From: a candidate division WOR-3 bacterium
GTDB lineage: Bacteria; Hydrothermota; Tepidihabitantia; Tepidihabitantales; DTDR01
DNA length: 64,000 nt
Assembly: GCA_039801885.1 (NCBI GenBank)
Contig: JBDRVN010000001.1
Coordinates: forward strand, 4,586-68,585
Direction: 5' to 3'
Positions 1 through 9,993 of this stretch are shown here, in pieces. The translations under genes were made by a program, and so were the position numbers. Positions within the stretch are counted from its first letter, which is position 1; each line of letters starts with the position of its first letter. Below the pieces are notes generated by a model. The model was not told the origin of the DNA and searched no databases. It worked only from the letters and a program-made list of their open reading frames with translations.

Positions 1-653
1 GCGGTGCTCGTGAAGTATATTTAGTATCAGAACCAATTGCTGCGGCGGTAGGTGTTGGTTTACCGGTTGATGCACCAACGGGGAATATGATTATTGATAT
101 TGGTGGTGGAACAACAGAAATTGCTGTTGTTGCTTTGTCGGGAGTAGTAACTTGTAATTCTATCAGGGTTGCCGGTGACGAAATGGATGAGGCGATCATC
201 AATTATATCAAAAAGAATTATAATTTAGTAATTGGCGAACAAACTGCCGAAATGATAAAAATCCAAATTGGGCAAGCCTATCCAACTGGTCAAGAAGAAG
301 AAATGGAAGTTAAAGGCCGGGATTTAGTTTCAGGAATTCCCAAAACAATTAAACTTACCTCTTTAAAAATTCGTGAAGCTTTACAGGAACCGGTATCAAT
401 TATCGTTGGTGCAGTAAAAAAAGCTTTAGAAAGGACACCACCGGAATTGGCAGCTGATATTGTGGACCATGGTATCTATATGACCGGTGGCGGTTCTTTA
501 TTAAAAGGACTTGATAAATTGATTAGCGAAGAAACAAATTTAAAGGTTTATGTGGCAGAAAATCCTATTGACTGTGTGGTATTAGGTGCGGGGAAAATTT
601 TGGAAGATATAAAAAAGAATTCTAAACTATTATTAAAAACCGATTTTTCCTAA
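1..653 (+). CDS. mreB: Rod shape-determining protein MreB (actin-like ATPase), 5'-truncated at window edge
   Basis: Frame 0 reads [43 protein letters not shown]..., a classic MreB C-terminal half. It is followed by mreC and mreD. Confidence 0.9.
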   Translation, partial: GAREVYLVSEPIAAAVGVGLPVDAPTGNMIIDIGGGTTEIAVVALSGVVTCNSIRVAGDEMDEAIINYIKKNYNLVIGEQTAEMIKIQIGQAYPTGQEEEMEVKGRDLVSGIPKTIKLTSLKIREALQEPVSIIVGAVKKALERTPPELAADIVDHGIYMTGGGSLLKGLDKLISEETNLKVYVAENPIDCVVLGAGKILEDIKKNSKLLLKTDFS

Positions 654-656
654 AAT

Positions 657-1496
657 TTGTTGATATCCAAGAAAAGAAGCGAAAAAGAAAAATATCTTTC
701 TCTTATCTTTATTTTTCTATCTTTAATTATCTTTTTCTTTCCAAGAGATTTTAAATTAAAAATATCTCTTTTGCCTAATTCTATTATTTTAAAACCTTTA
801 TTAATTGTTAGACAATTTTTATTATCTTTAAAAAACTATCAAAAGGAGAGAAATTATCTTTACGAACTTTTTTTGAGAGAGAATTTAACCTTAGCCCAAT
901 TAAAAAAAATCTCTAATCTTTCTTCTTTTTCTTTGGAATCTTTAGAGAATGCTTATATTATAAGAAGAGCAAATATTATCAGTCGAGATAATTCTTTAAG
1001 GAAGTATTTAATTATTGATAAGGGTTTAAGAGATTCAATAATGGTAAATCTTGCTGTTGTCTCTTATGAAGGAGTTGTGGGGAAAGTTATTGCTTGTAGC
1101 GATGAAATAAGCGTTGTAGAAACTTTTTATTCTCCTTATTCTAAAATCTCCGCAAAAGTTAAAAGAAACAATTATCTTACCTGTGTGGGCTGTAAAGGTG
1201 CTGTCTTGTATTTAGACTATTTAGATGAAAAATGTGATATTATGGAAAATGATACAATTGTCTCAACAGAAATTGGCGGAATTTTCCCTGAAGGATTAAA
1301 AATTGGTGTTGTAAAAAAGATTGAAAGAAAAGGGAACGGTACTTTTAATATAATAATTGAACCAGCAGTTAATTTGCTTAAAATTGATGATGTTTATATC
1401 TTACAAAAGAGAACAAGAAAAATTAAAAAAGACGAATTGGAGTTATTATTAAAACAGTTGGAATTGAAATTGCCGGAAATAAAATTTATAAAATGA
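657..1496 (+). CDS. mreC: Rod shape-determining protein MreC
   Basis: 279 aa with an N-terminal TM segment, placed between mreB and mreD. Size and gene order are conserved. Confidence 0.7.
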   Translation: MLISKKRSEKEKYLSLIFIFLSLIIFFFPRDFKLKISLLPNSIILKPLLIVRQFLLSLKNYQKERNYLYELFLRENLTLAQLKKISNLSSFSLESLENAYIIRRANIISRDNSLRKYLIIDKGLRDSIMVNLAVVSYEGVVGKVIACSDEISVVETFYSPYSKISAKVKRNNYLTCVGCKGAVLYLDYLDEKCDIMENDTIVSTEIGGIFPEGLKIGVVKKIERKGNGTFNIIIEPAVNLLKIDDVYILQKRTRKIKKDELELLLKQLELKLPEIKFIK

Positions 1497-1888
1497 AAAA
1501 AATCTTCTTAATAATCCTGATTTATCTTTTTTTTCTTTTAGAAAACTTATCTCCCAATATTTTCCCCAAAATTAGTATCACCCTTTTCATTTTTTCTTGT
1601 TTTTCTTCTTCTTTATTATTTTCCACCCTTTTAGGTCTTTTCTTAGGACTTTTATTTGATTTAAATAATCCAGCAATTTTCGGTCTTAATATGTTTATCT
1701 TCTCTAGTATCGGTTTTCTTCTCCCCTATCTACGTCACTTTATCCTACCAACAACTTATAATATTTTATTTTCCTTAATTTTCACTCTTTTTCTCTTTTT
1801 TATTATTAATCAAAATTTTTTTTTAATAAGTTTTCTTTTAACATTATTGTTTTTCTTTTTAATTAAAAAGTATGAAAAGAAAATTTAA
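1493..1888 (+). CDS. mreD: Rod shape-determining protein MreD (polytopic membrane protein)
   Basis: 131-aa very hydrophobic protein overlapping the mreC stop, in the conserved mreBCD position. Confidence 0.6.
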   Translation: MKKIFLIILIYLFFLLENLSPNIFPKISITLFIFSCFSSSLLFSTLLGLFLGLLFDLNNPAIFGLNMFIFSSIGFLLPYLRHFILPTTYNILFSLIFTLFLFFIINQNFFLISFLLTLLFFFLIKKYEKKI

Positions 1889-3668
1889 AAATTTCATCAT
1901 TTTTGCCTTTTTGCTTTTTTTAATTCTTTTTAGTAGAGTTTTTTATTTACAAGTTTTAAAGGGAGAAAGATACGAAAGATTGGCTTATAACCAAAGAATA
2001 AGAAAAGTTATTTTAAGGGCACCGAGAGGAAAAATATTTGATGCCAAAGGTTTTTTAATTGCTGACACCAAATTATCTTATAATTTATCTATATTACCCC
2101 AAGAGATTGATACCGGTTTTATATTTCAATATCTTCCCAAAATCCTTGATATTGATAATTATAATTTAAGAGAAAAAATAACGGAATATAAAAATTATCC
2201 TTATCCAATTTTAATCAAAAGAAATTTATCAAAAGAAGAGATAATTAAATTAGAAGAGAATTTGATATTTAAACAAGGGATAAGAATTGAAATTAGTCCG
2301 CGTAGGAATTATCCTTTTAAAAATGTCTCTTCCTTGGCAATTGGTTATTTAAATGAAACTTCCCAAGAAGATTTAAATAAAGATACCCTTTATAATTTTG
2401 GTGATTTGGTTGGTAGATATGGAATAGAAGGATATTACGAAAAGATTTTAAGAGGGAAAAATGGCCTTGCCTTAATTGAAGTAGATGCTCGCGGAAAAGA
2501 AATTCAACCTTTTTCCGAAGCAAAAGAGATTCCGGCGATTCCCGGTGCTGATATTTATCTCTCTTTAGATATAAATTTAAACTTATTATGCGATTCTTTA
2601 CTTAATAATTATTTGGCTGGTTTAATATTAGGCATCGAACCGACTACCGGAAGAATTATTATTTTTTCCGGAAAACCAAATTTTGACCCAAACATATTTT
2701 TAGGATTAAATCACGAAGAATGGCAAAGATTAATAAAAGATAAAAGAAAACCATTATTCTCCCGAATTGTTGCTGGTGTTTATCCGCCTGGTTCTACTTT
2801 TAAACCTTTTATTGCCTTAAAAGCTTTAAATAACAAATTAATAAATAGAAACTTCCGATTTTCTCCCTGTGATGCTCAATACAAAATTGGCAAAAGAATT
2901 TTCCGATGCTGGCAGCGCCATGGTTCTTTAAATTTGATTGATGCGATTGCTTATTCTTGTAATATCTATTTTTACCAATTGGGAATAAAATTAGGATTAA
3001 AAGAAATTTTAGAATTAATAAAAGATTTAAATATCCAAAAGAAAACCGATATTGACTTATTAGAAGAGATAAATTCCCGGATCCCTAATTACCAAACTGC
3101 TCCTTTAGGAAAAGTAGCTAATCTTTCTATTGGACAAGGTGAAATAGCATTAACACCAATTAAATTAGCACAAATTTATTGCGGAATATTTAATAACGGC
3201 TTTGTTCCCCAACCCCATTTTCTTGATTCAATAAAAAATACCAAAATTTTCCACAAAGATTTTTTAGATTCTTTAATGAAAAAGAATATTATCAAAATTG
3301 CTATTAATGATAAGAACGAAACCCTTTATCAATATATAAATAAATTTTATCAAATCCCTTTTCCTCAAAAAGCGATAGAAACTGTGAAAGAGGGCTTATT
3401 AGCGGTGGTAGAAAAGGGAACCGGTAGAAGTGCGAGTGTTAATGGTTTAAAAATTTATGGAAAAACCGGAACTGCCCAAAATCCTTTTGGCAAAGATCAT
3501 GCTTGGTTTGTTGGCTATGCCGAAAAAAATAATAAAAATTTATTATTAGTAATTCTTTTAGAAAATGTTGGTGCCGGTGGCGCTTATGCTGCACCGGTAG
3601 CAAGAGAAATTTTTGCTCGATACTTTTCGGAATATGTGGCGGAAGGGAAAAACAATTTTAATAATTAG
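1872..3668 (+). CDS. mrdA: Penicillin-binding protein 2 (peptidoglycan D,D-transpeptidase MrdA)
   Basis: 598 aa with an N-terminal TM, a PBP dimerisation region, and transpeptidase motifs STFKP (SxxK) and KTGTA. Lies between mreD and rodA. Confidence 0.85.
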   Translation: MKRKFKNFIIFAFLLFLILFSRVFYLQVLKGERYERLAYNQRIRKVILRAPRGKIFDAKGFLIADTKLSYNLSILPQEIDTGFIFQYLPKILDIDNYNLREKITEYKNYPYPILIKRNLSKEEIIKLEENLIFKQGIRIEISPRRNYPFKNVSSLAIGYLNETSQEDLNKDTLYNFGDLVGRYGIEGYYEKILRGKNGLALIEVDARGKEIQPFSEAKEIPAIPGADIYLSLDINLNLLCDSLLNNYLAGLILGIEPTTGRIIIFSGKPNFDPNIFLGLNHEEWQRLIKDKRKPLFSRIVAGVYPPGSTFKPFIALKALNNKLINRNFRFSPCDAQYKIGKRIFRCWQRHGSLNLIDAIAYSCNIYFYQLGIKLGLKEILELIKDLNIQKKTDIDLLEEINSRIPNYQTAPLGKVANLSIGQGEIALTPIKLAQIYCGIFNNGFVPQPHFLDSIKNTKIFHKDFLDSLMKKNIIKIAINDKNETLYQYINKFYQIPFPQKAIETVKEGLLAVVEKGTGRSASVNGLKIYGKTGTAQNPFGKDHAWFVGYAEKNNKNLLLVILLENVGAGGAYAAPVAREIFARYFSEYVAEGKNNFNN

Positions 3669-4800
3669 TTTAACTTTAATTATTCTCGGTTTTCTTACTA
3701 TTTATCTTACCGGTGGGAAAAACTATCTTTTTCGTCAAATTGTTTTTTTTATACTGGGATTATTTCTTTTAACATTATCAATGAGAATCCCTTTAAAAAT
3801 AGTTTTTGATTTAAGTCTTTATTGGTATCTATTTTCCATTATTTTATTAATATTGGCTTTATTTCTTTCGAAGAATAGTGCCAAGAGGTGGTTAGATTTT
3901 TATTTCTTTACTTTTCAACCCTCCGAGATAGCAAAAATTACTTATGTTTTATTTTTAGCCTATTTTTTATCTAACCAAAAAAAATTTGATTTTAACTTTA
4001 ATTCCCTATTTTTACCAGTTTTGATAACTTTACTACCAATTTTTTTAGTTTTAATTGAACCCGATTTGGGCTCAGCCTTTTCTTTTCTTTTTACCTTTGC
4101 TGTTCTTTTATATTTTCGAGGATTTTCCTTTTCCCAAATTTTTATTCTTTATTCACCATTATTTTCTTTTATCTTTGGTTTTTCTTTATTAACCTGGATT
4201 ATATACTTTCTATTACTCATTTTCATTGCTTTTAGAAAAAATACTATCTTTTATGGTTTTGGAGTTTTGGCAATAAATAGTTTTTTCGGACTTTTAAATC
4301 CCTTAATCTGGCAGAATCTAAAGGAATATCAAAAAGAAAGAATTATCGCCTTTTTGGCTCCTTATTTGGATCCAAAAGGAATGAGTTGGAGTGCTATTCA
4401 AGCCCAGATTGCGATCGGTAGCGGTAGAATCTTGGGGAAAAGTTTTTTTCATCCACCATTAAGCAGATTAGATTTTATCCCTAATCCCCACACCGATTTT
4501 ATCTTTGCTACTTATTCAGAGAAATTTGGTTTAATCGGAGTAATCTTCTTGATCTTATTATATTTCTTGCTTCTCTATCAGATTTATCATTATCTAATTA
4601 AAAATATTGATTTAAAATACCAACTGGCAATTGCTGGTTTTGGTGCCATTTTTCTTTACCATATTTTTGTAAATTTAGGAATGGTATCAGGAATTTTGCC
4701 TGTTACTGGTTTAACTCTGCCTTTCGTTTCTTATGGTGGAACTTCTTTAGTTAGTAACTTGATAATAATCGGGTTAATCCTAAATTTAATTAATCAATAA
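3613..4800 (+). CDS. rodA: Peptidoglycan glycosyltransferase RodA (SEDS family FtsW/RodA)
   Basis: Polytopic membrane protein (~10 TM) ending ...LPFVSYGGTSLVSNLIIIGLILN, typical of the SEDS family, placed after PBP2. The true start may be an internal Met downstream of 3613 because it overlaps mrdA. Confidence 0.8.
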   Translation: MLDTFRNMWRKGKTILIISLTLIILGFLTIYLTGGKNYLFRQIVFFILGLFLLTLSMRIPLKIVFDLSLYWYLFSIILLILALFLSKNSAKRWLDFYFFTFQPSEIAKITYVLFLAYFLSNQKKFDFNFNSLFLPVLITLLPIFLVLIEPDLGSAFSFLFTFAVLLYFRGFSFSQIFILYSPLFSFIFGFSLLTWIIYFLLLIFIAFRKNTIFYGFGVLAINSFFGLLNPLIWQNLKEYQKERIIAFLAPYLDPKGMSWSAIQAQIAIGSGRILGKSFFHPPLSRLDFIPNPHTDFIFATYSEKFGLIGVIFLILLYFLLLYQIYHYLIKNIDLKYQLAIAGFGAIFLYHIFVNLGMVSGILPVTGLTLPFVSYGGTSLVSNLIIIGLILNLINQ

Positions 4801-5819
4801 TGGAAAATATAAAATCTTTTACTATTAAACAATTTAAAGAATTGGTAAAAAATTTCAATTGGCAAGAATATAATGCTTATCAAATATTTCAATGGCTTTG
4901 GCAGAAGAAAGTTAATGATTTTTCTTTAATGACCAATCTTTCTAAATCAAAAAGAGAATATTTAAAAAATAATTTTATAATTGGTGAACTAAAAATTCTT
5001 GCTACTAAAAAAGCAAAGGATGGAACCGAAAAATTTCTTTTTGAATTATCTGATAATAGTAAAGTCGAAGCTGTCTTCATTCCTAAAGAGAAAAGAAGAA
5101 CAATTTGTATATCTTCCCAAGTAGGCTGTCCATTAAAATGTCTTCTTTGTAATAGTGGCAAAATTCCTTTTAAAAGAAATTTATATTTCTATGAGATTTG
5201 CGATCAGATATTAATGATTGAGAAACAATTAAATATCAGACCAACAAACATTGTTTTTATGGGAATTGGCGAACCATTATTAAATTTAGAAGAAGTCTTG
5301 AAGGCAATCCAAGTTATTAATTCGTCTATTGGCTTTGGAATAAGTGCCAGAAAAATTACTATTTCTACCGCGGGAATTATTGAAGGTATATATCGTTTAT
5401 CTGAAATAAAAAATAAAATAAAATTAGCAATCTCTTTAAATGCCACCAAAGATGAGATTAGAGAGTATTTAATGCCCATAAATAAAAAATATCCCCTTTC
5501 CGAAATTTTAAAGGCTTGTGAATACTACTGGCAGAAAAAGAGAGAAAGAATAACCTTTGAATATGTTTTGATAAGAGATATTAATGATAGCGAACAAGAT
5601 GCCTATAATTTAATAAATATGTTAAGAAAGATTCCCTGCAAAATCAATCTAATTCCCTTTAATCCCTTTTCAGAGGTTTCTTTTCAGCCACCTTCTTTAA
5701 AAACAATAGAAAAATTTATGGAAATATTAGCCGAAGCCAATTATACCGTAACTTTAAGAAAAAGCCGCGGCCAAGAAATCCTTGCTGGTTGTGGCCAACT
5801 TGCTTATCAAAATTATTAA
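4800..5819 (+). CDS. rlmN: 23S rRNA/tRNA (adenine-C2)-methyltransferase RlmN, radical SAM
   Basis: 339 aa with a CPLKCLLC (Cx3Cx2C) radical-SAM motif. The N-terminal region and C-terminal Cys-containing GCGQL motif are typical of RlmN/Cfr. Confidence 0.8.
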   Translation: MENIKSFTIKQFKELVKNFNWQEYNAYQIFQWLWQKKVNDFSLMTNLSKSKREYLKNNFIIGELKILATKKAKDGTEKFLFELSDNSKVEAVFIPKEKRRTICISSQVGCPLKCLLCNSGKIPFKRNLYFYEICDQILMIEKQLNIRPTNIVFMGIGEPLLNLEEVLKAIQVINSSIGFGISARKITISTAGIIEGIYRLSEIKNKIKLAISLNATKDEIREYLMPINKKYPLSEILKACEYYWQKKRERITFEYVLIRDINDSEQDAYNLINMLRKIPCKINLIPFNPFSEVSFQPPSLKTIEKFMEILAEANYTVTLRKSRGQEILAGCGQLAYQNY

Positions 5820-5839
5820 AAACTAATTAAATAATTACA

Positions 5840-5867
5840 TTGAAAAATAATAAAATTTTAATATAAT
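5840..5867 (+). promoter_or_regulatory. Sigma-70-like promoter (TTGAAA-16-TATAAT) upstream of the por operon; AAGGAG RBS at 5880-5885
   Basis: Read directly from the sequence: ttgaaa, a 16-nt spacer, then tataat, about 25 nt upstream of the RBS and the ATG at 5893. Confidence 0.35.
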
Positions 5868-5892
5868 TTTTTTTAATTAAAAGGAGTTATAT

Positions 5893-6480
5893 ATGGAAAA
5901 GGAGATTTTGGAAATTAGATGGCATGGACGAGGTGGACAAGGTGCTAAAACTGCTGCCTTGCTTTTTGGGGAAGCAGCATTAGAAACGGGAAAATATATC
6001 CAAGCCTTTCCAGAGTATGGTCCTGAAAGAATGGGTGCACCGGTAACTGCTTATAACCGAATTTCCTCTTCCGAAATTAGGATTCATTCCGGAATAAAAA
6101 ATCCTGATATCTTAGTAATATTAGATACAACCCTTTTTGATGCTTGTAATGTTTTAGAAGGATTAAAAGAAGATGGAATTATTTTGGTAAATACTAAAGA
6201 ATCGCCAGAGAAAATTAGAGAAAAATTAGATTTAAAAGGAAGTAAAATAAAAATTTACACCGTTGATGCGTCAAAAATTGCTATTGAATGTCTAAGAAGA
6301 GACATCCCTAATACACCGATGCTTGGTGCTTTGGTAAAGATATTGGGCATTCTAGATTTCCAAAGTTTTTTTAATTCAGTCAAAAAAAGATTGCAAGAAA
6401 AATTTCGTGGAAAAGAAGCTCTCATTGGGAAAAATCTGGAAGCAATCAAAAGAGCCTACGAGGAGGTAAAAAGTGACTAA
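5893..6480 (+). CDS. porG: 2-oxoacid (pyruvate/2-ketoisovalerate):ferredoxin oxidoreductase gamma subunit
   Basis: MEKEILEIRWHGRGGQGAKTAA... is the canonical gamma-subunit N-terminus. It is first in a gamma-delta-alpha-beta gene order. Confidence 0.85.
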   Translation: MEKEILEIRWHGRGGQGAKTAALLFGEAALETGKYIQAFPEYGPERMGAPVTAYNRISSSEIRIHSGIKNPDILVILDTTLFDACNVLEGLKEDGIILVNTKESPEKIREKLDLKGSKIKIYTVDASKIAIECLRRDIPNTPMLGALVKILGILDFQSFFNSVKKRLQEKFRGKEALIGKNLEAIKRAYEEVKSD

Positions 6481-6787
6481 CAAGGAAGATAAAAAAGAGT
6501 GTTTAATTGTTAGCTGGAAAGATTTAACCTGTGGTGCTTTAATTAAAGATTTAAAAAGAATAAAAGAAAACAAAACTGGTGCTTGGCGAAGTCAGAAACC
6601 AATTTTTAATAAAGGAAAATGTGTTAATTGTTATCGCTGCTGGATGTATTGTCCAGAAGCAGCAATTATGTTAGAAAATAATAAGGTAGTAGGTATTAAT
6701 TATGATTATTGCAAGGGCTGTGGTATCTGTGCTAATGAATGTCCTAGAAAAATTCAGGCAATTACAATGGAAAGGGAGGTAAAATGA
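6473..6787 (+). CDS. porD: 2-oxoacid:ferredoxin oxidoreductase delta subunit (2x[4Fe-4S] ferredoxin)
   Basis: 104 aa with two CxxCxxCxxxCP motifs (CVNCYRCWMYCP, CKGCGICANECP). Confidence 0.85.
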   Translation: MTNKEDKKECLIVSWKDLTCGALIKDLKRIKENKTGAWRSQKPIFNKGKCVNCYRCWMYCPEAAIMLENNKVVGINYDYCKGCGICANECPRKIQAITMEREVK

Positions 6788-7953
6788 TTTTAGCGAAAAC
6801 TGGAAATGAAGCAATCGCTTATGCTATGAAACAAATAAATCCAGATGTGGTGGCTGCCTACCCAATTACTCCTTCTACCGAAATTGTACAAATTTTTTCT
6901 TCCTATGTTGCTGATGGACTTGTTGATACTGAATTTGTTGCCGTGGAAAGTGAACATTCGGCAATGAGTGCCTGTATTGCTGCTGCTGCTTCTGGTGCCC
7001 GGGCAATGACGGCTACTTCCTCGCAAGGATTAGCATTAATGCATGAAATGCTTTTTATTGCTTCTGGTTTAAGGTTACCAATTGTCTTATGTTTGGTAAA
7101 CCGCTCTCTTTCTTCCCCATTAAATATCCATTGTGATCATACTGATTCTATTGCTTCTCGTGATTCGGGTTGGATACAGATTTTCTGCGAAGATGCCCAA
7201 GAGGCTTATGATACAACAATTTGTGCTGTAAGGATTGCAGAAAAAACCTTTTTACCGGTGATGGTAACAATTGACGGATTTATTATTTCTCACTGTATGC
7301 AAAAAATTGAGGTTCTTTCTGACGAAGCAGTGAAATCTTTTATTGGCGAATATAAACCGAATTATAATCTTTTAGATGTTGATAATCCTATTACTCTTGG
7401 ACCAGCTTGTTTGCCCGATTCGTTCTTTGAACACAAAAGAGCCCAAGCCGAAGGAATGAACCAAGCATTAACCCATATTGAAGACGTATTTAAAGAGTAT
7501 AAGGAAAAATTTAATCGGAAATTATCTATTTTGGAAGAATACCAAACTAATGATGCTGAAGTAGCTATCCTGTGTATGGGTTCTACCGCCGGCACAGCAA
7601 AAGTAGCAGTAAACAATTTAAGAAATAGAGGTTATCAAGTAGGTTTATTTAAATTAAGAGTTTTTCGTCCAATTGTGGCAAAATATCTTCAAAAAGCTTT
7701 AAAAAACATTAAAATTTTAGGTATCTTAGAAAGAATGGAAGGATTGAGTGCCTTTGGTGGTCCTTTATTTAATGAAGTCCGTTCAGTTTTATATGATGAA
7801 CCAGAAAGATTAATCACTATTTCTTATGTTTATGGATTAGGCGGAAGAGAAATTACACCGGAAGAGATCGAACAGGTATTTTTAGAATTATTATCTTTAA
7901 AAAATAAAAGAAAAAAAGATATTGAAAAATTTAGATATATTAATGTGAGGTAG
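6784..7953 (+). CDS. porA: 2-oxoacid:ferredoxin oxidoreductase alpha subunit
   Basis: 389 aa with a typical PorA N-terminus (AMKQINPDVVAAYPITPSTEIV) and a translationally coupled position. Confidence 0.85.
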   Translation: MILAKTGNEAIAYAMKQINPDVVAAYPITPSTEIVQIFSSYVADGLVDTEFVAVESEHSAMSACIAAAASGARAMTATSSQGLALMHEMLFIASGLRLPIVLCLVNRSLSSPLNIHCDHTDSIASRDSGWIQIFCEDAQEAYDTTICAVRIAEKTFLPVMVTIDGFIISHCMQKIEVLSDEAVKSFIGEYKPNYNLLDVDNPITLGPACLPDSFFEHKRAQAEGMNQALTHIEDVFKEYKEKFNRKLSILEEYQTNDAEVAILCMGSTAGTAKVAVNNLRNRGYQVGLFKLRVFRPIVAKYLQKALKNIKILGILERMEGLSAFGGPLFNEVRSVLYDEPERLITISYVYGLGGREITPEEIEQVFLELLSLKNKRKKDIEKFRYINVR

Positions 7954-7954
7954 T

Positions 7955-8884
7955 ATGAAAAGTATAATGGATTTATTAAAAGAAGAAGAACTTTTTAGTT
8001 CCGGACACCGAGCTTGTGCCGGATGCGGTGAAGTTTTAGCAGTAAGACAAGTGTTATTAGCTAGTAAAAAACCGATTGCCTGTGCAATGCCTACTGGTTG
8101 TTTAGAAATTGTTTCGACAATTTTCCCTCATACAGCCTGGCAAGTTCCTATGTTTCATTCAGCCTTTGAAAATGCTGCAGCAACAATTTCCGGTATGGAG
8201 GCTGCTTACCGGATTTTATTAAAAAAAGGAAAGATAAATAAAAAAATCTATTTTATTGCTTTTGGTGGTGACGGCGGAACCTATGATATTGGTTTTCAAG
8301 CTCTATCAGGAGCAATTGAAAGAAGACATAGTTTCTTATATGTTTGTACTGATAACGAGGCCTATATGAATACCGGAATTCAACGTTCTTCTGCAACTCC
8401 CCAATTTGCCCATACTACTACTTCACCAAAAGGAGAAGTATTACCAGGAAAATTACAACCAAGAAAAGATATAATGGAAATTATTATTGCCCACGAAGTG
8501 CCTTATGCTGCCCAAACTACCGTTGCTTTTTTCCAAGATTTAGTTAAAAAGGTAGAAAAAGCTCAGTCTTACGACGGTCCAACTTTTATTAATATCTTGG
8601 TTCCTTGTCCTCTGGGCTGGGCACATTCGCCGTCATTAACAATTGAAGTCTCCCGTTTAGCTGTAGAAACAAATTTCTGGCCCCTTTATGAATACGAAAA
8701 GGGAGTTTATCGTCTAACCTATCAACCCTCCCAAGTTAAACCAATAACCGAATGGTTAAAGCTTCAAGGAAGATTTGCTCATCTTTTTGAAGAGAAAAAT
8801 AAGCATCTCTTAGAAGAATTTCAAAAATATGTAGATGAGAAATATCAAAAACTTCTTAAAAAATGTGAGTTAAGTGAAAAATAG
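7955..8884 (+). CDS. porB: 2-oxoacid:ferredoxin oxidoreductase beta subunit (TPP-binding)
   Basis: 309 aa with a Cys-rich N-terminus (RACAGCGE) and a TPP-binding GDG motif (GGDGGTYDIG). Confidence 0.85.
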   Translation: MKSIMDLLKEEELFSSGHRACAGCGEVLAVRQVLLASKKPIACAMPTGCLEIVSTIFPHTAWQVPMFHSAFENAAATISGMEAAYRILLKKGKINKKIYFIAFGGDGGTYDIGFQALSGAIERRHSFLYVCTDNEAYMNTGIQRSSATPQFAHTTTSPKGEVLPGKLQPRKDIMEIIIAHEVPYAAQTTVAFFQDLVKKVEKAQSYDGPTFINILVPCPLGWAHSPSLTIEVSRLAVETNFWPLYEYEKGVYRLTYQPSQVKPITEWLKLQGRFAHLFEEKNKHLLEEFQKYVDEKYQKLLKKCELSEK

Positions 8885-9395
8885 CCTTCTTTTACATACT
8901 TGTTGTGCAATCTGCCTCTTAAATCTTTTAGATTCCTTAAAAGAAAATTTTAAAATTACTATTTTTTATTACAATCCAAATATTCATCCCTTTCAAGAAT
9001 ATGAAAAAAGGCTAAAAGCTGTTGAAAAAATATGTCAATTTAAAAATTTGGAATTAATTACTCCTATTTACACACCGATCATTTTTTTAAACAAAACAAA
9101 AGAATACCGGAAAGAAAAGGAAGGTGGGAAAAGATGCGAAATCTGTTTTCAGATAAGATTAGAAAAAACAGCCCAATTTGCTAAAGAAAATAATTTTTAT
9201 TATTTCTCTACCACTTTAATTAGTAGTCCCCAAAAAGATAAAAATTTAATAGATAAGATTGGCAATAAAATCGCAAAAGAAAAAAATATTAATTATTTTT
9301 CCTTAAAGGAAGTTTCTTTTTTGAAAAAAGAAGAAATTAAAAAATTAGATATTTATTCTCAAAAATATTGTGGCTGTATCTACTCTTTCTATTAA
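8874..9395 (+). CDS. queH: Epoxyqueuosine reductase QueH (DUF208)
   Basis: 173 aa. LLLHTCCAIC and FYYNPNIHPFQEYEKR match the QueH signatures LLLHxCCAPC and FYNPNIHP. Confidence 0.65.
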   Translation: MKNSLLLHTCCAICLLNLLDSLKENFKITIFYYNPNIHPFQEYEKRLKAVEKICQFKNLELITPIYTPIIFLNKTKEYRKEKEGGKRCEICFQIRLEKTAQFAKENNFYYFSTTLISSPQKDKNLIDKIGNKIAKEKNINYFSLKEVSFLKKEEIKKLDIYSQKYCGCIYSFY

Positions 9396-9993
9396 AAAAT
9401 TAATAAATAAAATTAAAAGATGTAAAAAATGTTCCCATTTGAAAAATTGTAAATCTATTTTTTCACCGGTAATAAATACTAAGTTATTAATTATTGGACA
9501 AGCACCGGGCAAAAAAGAGAGTGAATTAGGTCTGCCGTTTGTTGGAGCAGCCGGAAAGAAACTTTTTTCTTGGTTTCAAAAGATTGGTATAAAGGAAGAG
9601 GAGATAAGGAAAAATTTTTATATCACTCAAGTAATAAAATGTTATTTAGGAAGTAATCGAATACCCAAGTCAAAGGAACTAAAAAATTGTCTACCCTATC
9701 TTCATTCCGAAATAGAACTTTTAAAACCAAAATTAATCATTCCCATTGGAATTTTGGCAATTAAAGCAATCTTAGGAGAAAAGAAAATTAATGAAGTAAT
9801 TGGAAAAACTTTTAAATGGAAAGATTCCTTAGTAATCCCCCTTCCCCATCCGTCAGGTGCCAATGTTTGGTTAAATAAAAAAAAGAATCAGAAAAAATTA
9901 AAAAAAGCCTTAAAAAAAATAAAAAACTATTTCAAAGCAATAAACATTACTCTTAAGGAATCCCTTTTTGCTGGTAAAAATGTAAGGTGTTGA
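9370..9993 (+). CDS. Uracil-DNA glycosylase, family 4
   Basis: GQAPGKKESELGLPFVGAAGKKL fits the family-4 UDG motif (GExPG...PFvGxAG). It has an N-terminal Cys cluster and a HPSG region. Confidence 0.7.
   Translation: MAVSTLSIKKLINKIKRCKKCSHLKNCKSIFSPVINTKLLIIGQAPGKKESELGLPFVGAAGKKLFSWFQKIGIKEEEIRKNFYITQVIKCYLGSNRIPKSKELKNCLPYLHSEIELLKPKLIIPIGILAIKAILGEKKINEVIGKTFKWKDSLVIPLPHPSGANVWLNKKKNQKKLKKALKKIKNYFKAINITLKESLFAGKNVRC

Noticed and set aside
2317-7616. Antisense or internal small ORFs from the six-frame track: 2317-2523(-), 4889-5161(-), 5204-5479(-), 6255-6449(-), 6376-6573(-), 6790-7026(-), 7362-7616(-)
   Set aside because: Each lies wholly inside a well-supported gene on the other strand (PBP2, rlmN, porG/D/A). 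They have no RBS and carry low-complexity, AT-codon-driven composition, so they are spurious.
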